Assembly: GCA_035531715.1 (NCBI GenBank)
Contig: DATKSI010000034.1
Location: forward strand, 7,822 to 71,821
From: Candidatus Micrarchaeaceae archaeon
GTDB lineage: Bacteria > Chloroflexota > Dormibacteria > Aeolococcales > Bog-877
Length of the DNA: 64,000 nt
Direction of reading: 5' to 3'
This document shows positions 27,260 to 35,025 of the stretch, piece by piece. The notes beneath the pieces were generated by a model. It had not been told where the DNA came from, made no database searches, and worked only from the letters and a program-made list of their open reading frames with translations. A program made the translations under genes and the position numbers. The first letter of the stretch is position 1. Every line of letters starts with the position of its first letter.

Positions 27260-27930
27260 CAGCGAGGATCGTAAGCCCTGCATGCCGCAGGCGGCCCCAA
27301 CAGCCAAGTAGCCGACCGGGCGGGAGTGTCGGGAACTGTCATCGTCGGCGCCTGCCCACGAGAGCCAGGTCCCGTCTTGCCAGCCCGCGTTTTTCACATG
27401 ACCAACCCGCTCCGGTAACGCCGCAGGTCACAGCGCCCGTCCGCGGCCGAGTGTCCCGCATACGCCGCCCGGTGAAAATTCCCGCACAGGACTGTCAGAT
27501 GAGGAGTTTAAGGTACGGCTCCGGCTGATCTTGCCGCCGAGGCGATGGCCAGCCTCCACGTTGTTCCCTGGCGGGTCGGGCCCGACAAACCGCCGCTTGT
27601 GGGACTTCCGACCCTCGGTACTGCAGAGGGCAGGGGACCGCGTTCCTCATGTGGTTTTGCAGTGTAAATACCAGCACTGAGCAGGACCGCGTCCACGGGC
27701 GTGAGGATGGCCGCCAGTGACGTTTAGGACGCCCCGTCGAGGTCAGCTCAGTAGGGGGCAGTCAGGTGTAGTGTGTCCCGGCCGGCGTCTCCCTAGCAGC
27801 ATTCCGGCCAACACAGGTCCCCCGATCAAAGGACCCTCTGGACCCATGCCGACGGCCCGCCTTCTCGCATTCGTTCTAACGGCCTCAGGCGGGGCGCTCC
27901 TGTCGGCTCGCGAATAGCACGGGCCAGCGT

Positions 27931-28135
27931 TTCTTCGACGCCCATCTGAACATCATTGACCCCGATTTCCGCTCATCGCCAACGACGGCTACCTTCCGCC
28001 GTCCTTCACCGTCGCTGACTGCCAGCGCTGTACTGTGCCCTTCGGCGTCGCCGGCGGTACGGTGGTGTCGGGATCGTTCCAGGGTTTCGCCCTGGCCGCC
28101 CCACAGGTGGAGTCGATCACCTCCACACTGCCCTG
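27931..28135 (+). pseudogene. Frameshifted 5' fragment of an amidohydrolase-like gene (fragment A)
   Basis: Reads FFDAHLNIIDPDF, then a 1-nt deletion relative to the copy at 29023, then ANDGYLPPSFTVAD...GGTVVSGSFQGF and a stop at 28135. No start codon context; the family call is tentative. Confidence 0.35.
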
Positions 28136-28172
28136 ACCACGCCCACCCCACTCGTTGACCAGAGGAGATCAC

Positions 28173-28577
28173 ATGTCGCAGCAGGACTACGCCATCCACT
28201 ACCAGCCGCTGTTCACAGCCCTGCAGACAATGGACGTCCAGGCCCTGATCGACCAGGTCGAGGACCCCTGGTACAACCAGACGCTGATCCAGGTCGGCGA
28301 GGTCCTGGTGCGCCTCGGGGTGATGCAGGGCGAGTTCCACTGGCACACCCACGACGAGCAAGACGAGTTCTTCTTCGTCCTCGACGGGCTGTTCCGCATC
28401 GAGCTTGAGGGCGCCGAGACAGTCGAGCTCGGGCCCCGGAAGGCGTTCACCGTGCCCGCCGGGATGGCGCACCGGCCGGTCGTGCCGGTCCGCAGCGCCG
28501 TCTTGATGATCGAAAAGGCAGGCGTCATCGCCACTGGCGACAACGGCCCCCGGGAGAGAGGATCAGAGCGACCTTGA
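28173..28577 (+). CDS. Cupin-domain protein
   Basis: GEFHWHTHDEQDEFFFVLDG...FTVPAGMAHRP is the two-motif cupin signature. ATG 28173 is preceded by AGAGGAGA. Confidence 0.75.
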   Translation: MSQQDYAIHYQPLFTALQTMDVQALIDQVEDPWYNQTLIQVGEVLVRLGVMQGEFHWHTHDEQDEFFFVLDGLFRIELEGAETVELGPRKAFTVPAGMAHRPVVPVRSAVLMIEKAGVIATGDNGPRERGSERP

Positions 28578-29137
28578 AGGACACACTGCGACCCGGACTA
28601 ACCGGGAGGCTGGAGTGCGTGGTGCCGGCGGAACGCACCGTGCCACGCCTGCCGCCCGAGACCGATGAGTTCAGCGCACTGCCCGAGGTGCTCGCGACCG
28701 GCTATCTGGAGGGGATCGTCGAGTGGACGTGCATGCGCGCCCTAGCCGGGCACCTCGATGACGGCGAGGCCACCCTTGGCGTGCACATCGACATCAGCCA
28801 TCATGCCCCGACTCCTCCCGGGGCGCCGGTCACGGTCGATGAGTAGTTGACCCGTATCGAGGGGCGGCAGCTAACGTTCTCAGTGCCGTCCCGGGACGAC
28901 GTCGCCATGATCAGCCGCGGCAACCACAGGCGTGCCGTCATTGACACCGGCCGGTTCCAGATGCGGCTGCAGGACCGGACCGCCCGCACCGGCCCGTCCT
29001 CGTGCCCCGCTTGCGGCTGCCATTCTTCGACGCGCACCTGCCCGTCATCGACCCGCGCTTCCCGCTGGTGGCCAACGACGGCTACCTCCCGCCGGCTCAG
29101 AACCTCGCGGACCTGCTTGCGGAGGTGGGGCAGTTGA
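28574..29137 (+). pseudogene. Hotdog-fold thioesterase (FlK-like family) interrupted by an in-frame TAG
   Basis: MKDTLRPGLTGRLECVV...GEATLGVHIDISHHAPTPPGAPVTVDE, then TAG at 28844-28846, then LTRIEGRQLTFSVPSRDD...GNHRRAVIDTGRF continues in the same frame. Homology spans the stop. Confidence 0.6.
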
Positions 29138-29140
29138 GCC
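29023..29140 (+). pseudogene. Truncated 5' fragment of an amidohydrolase-like gene (fragment B)
   Basis: FFDAHLPVIDPRFPLVANDGYLPPAQN. About 80 percent nt identity to 27931-28001, with the differences concentrated at third codon positions of this frame. Confidence 0.3.
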
Positions 29141-29159
29141 CGGGCCTGCTGCGTCTCGG

Positions 29160-29470
29160 ACTCCTTCTCCCACCAGGAGAGGCGCTGGTTGACGCTCTTT
29201 AAGGTAGGACTTCACCGATGCCTTGCTCAGGGGCCGCTCGCGGTCGTGCGGCTCGCTGGCGAGCCGGTCCAGCGCTCGACGGTCGAGCTGGTCGAGGGCC
29301 GTGATCCCCTCCCGCTCGCAGAAGGGGATCAGCACCGACTGGAGGGGGTAACCGTAGGCGTCGCGGTAGGTCCTGGGTGAGCGCCCCGCCGCCTTGCAAT
29401 GGGCGAGTGAGTCCTGGACCTGAACCGCGATCCACAGGGATGCGGAGCCAGGCCGCTCTGCCGCGTACAT
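29160..29470 (-). mobile_element. Truncated tyrosine integrase (N-terminal SAM-like/core-binding domain only)
   Basis: LWIAVQVQDSLAHCKAAGRSPRTYRDAYGYPLQSVLIPFCEREGITALDQLDRRALDRLA...SKASVKSYLK fits the integrase N-terminal domain. The catalytic domain (R..HxxR..Y) is absent. Lies 112 nt from the tRNA-Gln 3' end. Confidence 0.6.
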
Positions 29471-29581
29471 TGGCTTTCCCGCCAAACCCTGTCCAGTATG
29501 TGGATGACTCTGCGCAGCGACACCCGCACGTAGCCCCTGAATCCGGGGTCCAGGGGTGTAAATCGAGTTCAAGAGCGCGGT

Positions 29582-29656
29582 TGGCTGGGGCGGGAGGATT
29601 CGAACCTCCGATTACCTGATCCAGAGTCAGGCGCCTTACCACTTGGCAACGCCCCA
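29582..29656 (-). tRNA. tRNA-Gln (anticodon CUG)
   Basis: The minus strand UGGGGCGUUGCCAAGUGGUAAGGCGCCUGACUCUGGAUCAGGUAAUCGGAGGUUCGAAUCCUCCCGCCCCAGCCA folds as a cloverleaf. Anticodon loop is CUCUGGA and CCA is encoded. Confidence 0.9.
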
Positions 29657-29764
29657 ATGTCGGTCCGGCCGGTCGAGAGGCCTAGGTGTGCGGCCAGCCA
29701 GCGCACGATAGTATCCGACCGTCGCCGTTAGCTCACCGCCGGGTAGGAGGCGCGGGTCGGCAAA

Positions 29765-31252
29765 TCAGGCGGGGCGGGCGAGGAGCTGGATGGCCCGCTC
29801 GATCCGCATCAGGGCCATCCCCTGGCCGATCAGCGCGATTGAGTCGGGGAGCGGCGGTGTGACCTCGGCCCCGGTGATGGCGACTCGGAGCACTCGCATC
29901 GCTGACCGGACTACCTTCTTCTCCGTCGCGGCATCGCCCCTAGCTAGCTCCAGGGCCAGCCCACGGAGCCGATCCATCAATTGCGTGAGGTCGCCATCGA
30001 AGAGGCTGGGGACGCCCGCCAGAAAAGAGTGGGCCTGTTCCCGAGTCAGCGCGCCTCGCAGAAAGTCGACATCGGGTTCCGGCTCGGTGAAGGCGAACGC
30101 CACCAACCCAGGGATTTGGTCCAGGCGACGAATTCGCTCTTGCACCATCGCGGCGATCGGCACCAGCTGATCCGGCTGGGCCTGTGGAAGAAACGGCTGG
30201 ATTCGCTGGGCCAACTGCTCTACCGGCAGTCGGCGGATCCAGACCCCATTGAGATGGTCGAGCCGCTGCTGATCGAGGATGGCCGGACTGGACTGCAGCC
30301 GGTCGAAGGTCATCCGCTGGCGCAGCTCAGCTAGGGTGAAGATCTCCTCCTCGGTGCCCGGCGACCAGCCGAGGAAGGCGAGGAAGTTCACCAGCGCCTC
30401 GGGGAGATACCCCAGCTCCCGGAACTCCCTGACGGTCTGGGCGCCGTGACGCTTGGAGAGCTTGCTATGGTCTGAGCCGAGCACCAGCGCAACGTGGGCG
30501 AACCTCGGCGGCCGCCATCCCAGCGCGGCATAGGTGATCAGGTGCTTGGGGGTCGAAGGCAGCCACTCCACCGCCCGGACCACCTCGGTGATCCCCATCA
30601 AGTGGTCATCGACCACTTGAGCCAGGTGGTAGGTGGGAAACCCATCGGACTTGAGCAGCACTTGGTCGTCGACCGACTCGTTGTCGAAGAGTTGGGGGCC
30701 CAGAACCAAGTCGTCCCACCGGGTCTCGCCCGGAGGGACCAGCAGCCGGACCACGGAAGGATCGTCCCGCCCTCGACGCGCCGCGACCTCCTTCTGACTC
30801 AGGGTCCGGCAGTGACCGTCGTAGCGGGTAGGCAGGCCAGCCACCCGCTGGGCGGCACGGAGCTCATCTAGCCGGTCCTTGGTACAGAAGCAAAAGTAAG
30901 CCGCGCCCAAATCCACGAGCCGCTCGGCGGCCGCCCGAAAGTAGGGCAATCGCTCCGACTCGGTGTAGGGAGCGCAGGGCCCACCAATATCGGGGCCCTC
31001 ATCCCACTGCAGCCCCAGCCAGGCCAAGGTGTCCAGGTAACCGGGGACCGCCTCTGGCTGGTAGCGCTCTTGATCGGTGTCTTCGATTCGGACCAGGAAG
31101 CGGCCGTCCGATCCCGCCAGGCAATAGCTCAACAGCGCGGTCCTCACGTTGCCGATGTGAAGCTCGCCGGTGGGGCTGGGAGCGAATCGCAGCCGGCGCC
31201 GACCAGGAAGTTCAACCAGGTCGGGAAGGAAGGCTGGGGAGTCGGAACTCAA
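29765..31252 (-). CDS. gltX: Glutamate--tRNA ligase
   Basis: RFAPSPTGELHIGNVRTAL (HIGH motif) and KLSKRHGA (KMSKS motif). TTG start at 31252 in a TTGA overlap with the upstream small ORF; ATG 31291 is the alternative. Confidence 0.9.
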   Translation of the reverse strand: MSSDSPAFLPDLVELPGRRRLRFAPSPTGELHIGNVRTALLSYCLAGSDGRFLVRIEDTDQERYQPEAVPGYLDTLAWLGLQWDEGPDIGGPCAPYTESERLPYFRAAAERLVDLGAAYFCFCTKDRLDELRAAQRVAGLPTRYDGHCRTLSQKEVAARRGRDDPSVVRLLVPPGETRWDDLVLGPQLFDNESVDDQVLLKSDGFPTYHLAQVVDDHLMGITEVVRAVEWLPSTPKHLITYAALGWRPPRFAHVALVLGSDHSKLSKRHGAQTVREFRELGYLPEALVNFLAFLGWSPGTEEEIFTLAELRQRMTFDRLQSSPAILDQQRLDHLNGVWIRRLPVEQLAQRIQPFLPQAQPDQLVPIAAMVQERIRRLDQIPGLVAFAFTEPEPDVDFLRGALTREQAHSFLAGVPSLFDGDLTQLMDRLRGLALELARGDAATEKKVVRSAMRVLRVAITGAEVTPPLPDSIALIGQGMALMRIERAIQLLARPA

Positions 31253-31470
31253 CGGTGCAGGACGATCAGGTAGATTCCCATCGAGATGCATCCCGCTACG
31301 AGCAGGGCGGTCGCCACGATCCACCCCTCGCTGCGCGATGGGTGGATCGTCACGTCGGCCGAGGCCGAACTGCTCACCGAAACGCCCCGGGTGCCCAGGT
31401 GGGGGTAGCGTTCGGCCTCGGTCGGCTCAGGTATGGCCCCGCTCCGCGTTCCTTCCGAATCGGTGCTCAA
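31249..31470 (-). CDS. Small hypothetical membrane protein (73 aa) translationally coupled to gltX
   Basis: TTG start with AGGA 11 nt upstream. C-terminal TM helix GWIVATALLVAGCISMGIYLIVL. The stop overlaps the gltX TTG start as TTGA. Confidence 0.35.
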   Translation of the reverse strand: MSTDSEGTRSGAIPEPTEAERYPHLGTRGVSVSSSASADVTIHPSRSEGWIVATALLVAGCISMGIYLIVLHR

Positions 31471-31539
31471 CTGTCGGCAGGTTCCTACTGAAGTTGGACC
31501 CCTTCCACTTCCTGCGAGTATAGGGGCGCCTATTACTCA

Positions 31540-31611
31540 GCCCGCATCGTCTAGCGGTTAGGACATCACTCTTTCAAGGTGGTAACCGGGGTTCGACTCC
31601 CCGTGCGGGTA
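31540..31611 (+). tRNA. tRNA-Glu (anticodon UUC)
   Basis: GCCCGCAUCGUCUAGCGGUUAGGACAUCACUCUUUCAAGGUGGUAACCGGGGUUCGACUCCCCGUGCGGGUA forms a cloverleaf with anticodon loop CUUUCAA. CCA is not encoded. Confidence 0.9.
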
Positions 31612-31887
31612 GTGGGGAACTGAATCCGAGGCGCCGGCACGTCGTCCGCGATCAACTGGCCGGCCTGAGAGTCGCCCCGACTCCCGTACGTACACGCCGG
31701 GACTCCGCAGCGCTGAAGTCCCGAAGGGCAGAAGTGCCGGCCGTCCCTTCCTCGGTCTCAACACCCATATTTAGTGGCCTACGTCTGTCCGTCCACAACA
31801 TGGGGTATGATTCCACCACTACTAGGGTCGGCTCGCCTAAGTTAGAAGCCGCGCCCGAATTGGATCGGAAGGGGAGGGGTTTTTCTG

Positions 31888-32253
31888 ATGAGCAGGCAGG
31901 TCACCGTACCTGGCGGCTCCCGATATGTCGGCGACCTGCGCATCACCACCGAAGAGTGGATCTCCGGTACGGTCGAGGGCGAGGTTGTGGTGGAGGCCGG
32001 CGGTTGGTTGGCGGTCACCGGGGTGGTCACCCAGGGGATCGTGGTCGGGCTCGGCGGAGCGGCCTACGTGACCGGGGTGGTGGGCGGACTTCAGGTGCAG
32101 CGGGCTGGCGATGCAGTCTTGGACGGGACGTCCGTGGGAGATCTTCAGAACTGGGGCCGGGTGATCATCGCCGGCGTGGTCGAGGGGCAAGTGGTAACCC
32201 ATCCCGGAGCTGCGACCGAAATCGTTCCCGGCGCAGTGGTGCACAGCGGCTGA
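31888..32253 (+). CDS. Hypothetical beta-helical repeat protein (bactofilin-like)
   Basis: Strong RBS (GGAAGGGGAGGGG). G/V-rich repeats of the type GxVxGxVVV.. resemble the bactofilin/DUF583 pattern. Weak call. Confidence 0.4.
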   Translation: MSRQVTVPGGSRYVGDLRITTEEWISGTVEGEVVVEAGGWLAVTGVVTQGIVVGLGGAAYVTGVVGGLQVQRAGDAVLDGTSVGDLQNWGRVIIAGVVEGQVVTHPGAATEIVPGAVVHSG

Positions 32254-32487
32254 CCCGACGGCGCCGCTAGGGGGTCCGGCGAGCACCCCCGGCTCTCTTG
32301 GCCGCTCGGCGCCGAAGGGCATCAGATGAACGCCAGCCGCTCAGGGCGTCGGGGCGCAGCGATGAACGGGCCGAACTCGCCTCGGCGAACCGCTCGGGGT
32401 CGAGTCGAACCGCCGCGGGGCAGCTCCCCATCGATTTGCACCTACTGCATGAATGCACTTCGTGCACGTTTGTGGTAGGATGCCGCT

Positions 32488-33201
32488 GTGGAATCCAAAC
32501 CAGGGCTGCGCGACCGGAAGAAGCAAGCCGTGCGCCAGCACCTGAGTGCCGCGGCAGTGCGCCTGGTCGCGGAGCGCGGTCTCCGGCACGTCACCGTGGA
32601 GGAGATCGCTCAGGAGGCCGAGGTATCGGTTCGAACCTTTTTCAATTACTTCTCTTCGAAGGAGGAGGCGATCGTCGGGCGCGACTGGGAACGGTCGACC
32701 GAGCTCCGGCTGAAGTTGCTGGCTCGCCCCGCGGCGGAGTCGCCCTTCGAGGCGCTCAAGCAGGTTCTGATCGAACGGGCCAAGTCGCTGGGCGACCGAC
32801 CAGAGGAGTGGCTCCTGCACATGCAAGTGGTCCGCCAGGAACCCAGTCTGCTCCCGGCCCTGGTGGCCTCGTTCATGTCCCACGAGCGCATCTTGGTGGA
32901 GGCGGTCGCCGAGCGCGCCGGGGTCAACCCGGACCGCGACCTCTACCCGTCCGTGGTGGCCTCGGTCGCCCTGGGTGCCTTTCGAGTCGCCATGACCCAT
33001 TGGCGCAGCCGCCAGGGGCAGCACTCACTGGTCCATCTGGTGGAGACCTCGCTCAGCCTGGTGCAGGGAGGACTCCCTGCCCCCGATCGGCGCCCTTTGC
33101 CGGCCCGGCAGAAGGCCCTCCCGCGGGGGCGGGTCACGCTCCCGGGGTCGGAGCCAGCCGGCCAGGTTCGACCAGCCATCCCGATCCAAAGCGTCGCATG
33201 A
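32488..33201 (+). CDS. TetR family transcriptional regulator
   Basis: GTG start. RDRKKQAVRQHLSAAAVRLVAERGLRHVTVEEIAQEAEVSVRTFFNYFSSKEEAI is the TetR HTH. Confidence 0.85.
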   Translation: MESKPGLRDRKKQAVRQHLSAAAVRLVAERGLRHVTVEEIAQEAEVSVRTFFNYFSSKEEAIVGRDWERSTELRLKLLARPAAESPFEALKQVLIERAKSLGDRPEEWLLHMQVVRQEPSLLPALVASFMSHERILVEAVAERAGVNPDRDLYPSVVASVALGAFRVAMTHWRSRQGQHSLVHLVETSLSLVQGGLPAPDRRPLPARQKALPRGRVTLPGSEPAGQVRPAIPIQSVA

Positions 33202-34757
33202 GTGATCTGATCACACGGGGGGAAGTGCCACTGCTCAGTCACCGGCGGGTGCTTTTGGTCATCGGGGCGTTGATGCTGGGGATGCTGCTGGCCGCCTTGG
33301 ACCAGACCATCGTGGCGACTGCCCTGCCCACCATCGCCGGCGATCTGCACGGTCTCTCCCACCTTTCCTGGGTGGTCACCGGGTACCTGCTCGCGGCCAC
33401 GGTGTCGACTCCGCTTTGGGGCAAGCTGGGCGATATGTACGGCCGGAAGGTCTTCTTCCAGGCGTCGATCGTGATCTTTCTGGTCGGCTCGGCTCTCTCC
33501 GGCCTGAGCTCCTCGATGATCGAGCTAATCGCCTTCCGGGCGCTTCAGGGGCTCGGCGCCGGGGGCCTGATGGTGGGCGCGCAGGCGATCATCGGCGACG
33601 TAGTCCCGCCGCGAGATCGTGGTAAATACCAGGGCGTCTTCGGGGCCGTCTTCGGCCTCTCCAGCGTGGCCGGCCCTCTCCTCGGTGGCTTCTTCGTGCA
33701 GAACCTGTCCTGGCACTGGATCTTCTACATAAACCTGCCCCTGGGAGCGGTGGCCCTGGTGGTCACCACGGGCGCCCTGCCCAACGCCCTGCGCCGGGTG
33801 CAACATGTCATCGACTACTTGGGCGCTGTGCTTCTGGCGGCGGGCGTCACCTGCTTGGTGCTGCTGACCACCCTCGGTGGCACCACCTATCCGTGGGGCT
33901 CGACTCCGATCTTGATCATGGCCGTCCTGGGGGTGGTGCTGCTTGCCGCGTTCGTTCTGGTGGAGCGGCGGGCGGCGGAACCGATCCTTCCCCTGCACCT
34001 GTTCAAGAACCGAGTTTTTTCGGCTGCCAGCGCGATTGGATTCATCGTCGGCTTCTCCATGTTCGGGGCGATCACCTACCTGCCGACCTATCTGCAGGTG
34101 GTTCGGGGGGCAAGCCCGACCGGTTCCGGTCTTGAGTTGCTCCCGCTCATGGCAGGCCTCTTGGTGACATCGATCGGCTCCGGGATCCTGATCAGCCGCT
34201 GGGGGCGCTACAAGATCTTCCCCATCCTGGGCACGGCGGTGATGTCGGTCGGACTGCTGCTCTTTTCGATGCTCGGGCTCCACACCCACGAGTTGGTCAT
34301 CTCCTTGTTCATGGTCGTGCTCGGACTGGGGCTCGGCGGAGTGATGCAGGTGCTGGTGATCGCCACCCAGAATGCGGTTCCCCAGAGCGAGCTCGGGGTA
34401 GCGACCTCCGGGGCCACTTTCTTCCGCTCGATTGGGGGCTCATTCGGGACCGCCGTCTTCGGGGCGATCTTCGCCAATGTGCTCACCGGCAACCTGACCC
34501 ACTACCTGGCCAGCACTAGGCTTCCGCGCGGATTCAGTGGCGCTGCCGGCGCCAGCCCGGCCGCTTTGGCCAAGCTTCCGCCCGCGGTGCACGCCGCCTA
34601 CGTCCAGGCGGTCAACGCCTCCTTGCACCCGGTCTTTCTCTGGGCAGTGCCGTTCGGCATCCTCGCCTTCGCCATTACATGGCTTATGAAGGAGGTGCCC
34701 TTGCACCGGACGGTTCGCTCCGCCCACACCCCGATTCCTCAGCCGACCGAGGCGTAA
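33198..34757 (+). CDS. MFS transporter, DHA2 (EmrB/QacA, 14-TM) family
   Basis: ATGA overlap with tetR. LLAALDQTIVATALPTIAGDLHG..WVVTGYLLA..PLWGKLGDMYGRK are the DHA2 motifs. Confidence 0.85.
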   Translation: MSDLITRGEVPLLSHRRVLLVIGALMLGMLLAALDQTIVATALPTIAGDLHGLSHLSWVVTGYLLAATVSTPLWGKLGDMYGRKVFFQASIVIFLVGSALSGLSSSMIELIAFRALQGLGAGGLMVGAQAIIGDVVPPRDRGKYQGVFGAVFGLSSVAGPLLGGFFVQNLSWHWIFYINLPLGAVALVVTTGALPNALRRVQHVIDYLGAVLLAAGVTCLVLLTTLGGTTYPWGSTPILIMAVLGVVLLAAFVLVERRAAEPILPLHLFKNRVFSAASAIGFIVGFSMFGAITYLPTYLQVVRGASPTGSGLELLPLMAGLLVTSIGSGILISRWGRYKIFPILGTAVMSVGLLLFSMLGLHTHELVISLFMVVLGLGLGGVMQVLVIATQNAVPQSELGVATSGATFFRSIGGSFGTAVFGAIFANVLTGNLTHYLASTRLPRGFSGAAGASPAALAKLPPAVHAAYVQAVNASLHPVFLWAVPFGILAFAITWLMKEVPLHRTVRSAHTPIPQPTEA

Positions 34758-35025
34758 CGATGGGTGGCGGGGTATAGGCCCCGGCCCGCCTGGAGAGTTC
34801 TCCTGATCCGAGAGGGTGGGGGGCCAGATCGTCAAACCAGAGCTACGGTCGGCGGCGGGCACTATATTTGGAATTAGCGCCTCGCCGGGCCAGAGCTTTG
34901 CCCGCTCAAATAAGGAACTGGCCCCTCGCCGTCGCGCGACCTGAATTTGCCGACGCCGCCTGGGCGGTCGCCAGACCTGAGGATCTGGACCGCTGTCCGG
35001 CAGCTGTCGCACGGGAGGTGGTTGA

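Noticed and set aside
27397-27930. Possible structured ncRNA or transposase remnant in the ORF-poor tract.
   Set aside because: Translations in all six frames gave nothing recognisable, and I saw only short hairpins (for example cagtg-N10-cactg near 27660). It is left as part of the decayed-island finding rather than a separate call.
29045-29160. Extension of the integrase reading on the minus strand (frameshifted ...SVNQRLSWWEKE...VLSRREVAVVGHQ...).
   Set aside because: This stretch overlaps gene fragment B. Its comparison with fragment A shows synonymous third-position changes in the plus-strand frame, so plus-strand coding explains the sequence better beyond about 29140.
32298-34757. The 819-aa ORF read as one protein.
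   Set aside because: Its first 300 codons are an off-frame of the TetR gene with junk composition. The recognisable DHA2 MFS protein starts at ATG 33198 in an ATGA overlap with the tetR stop.
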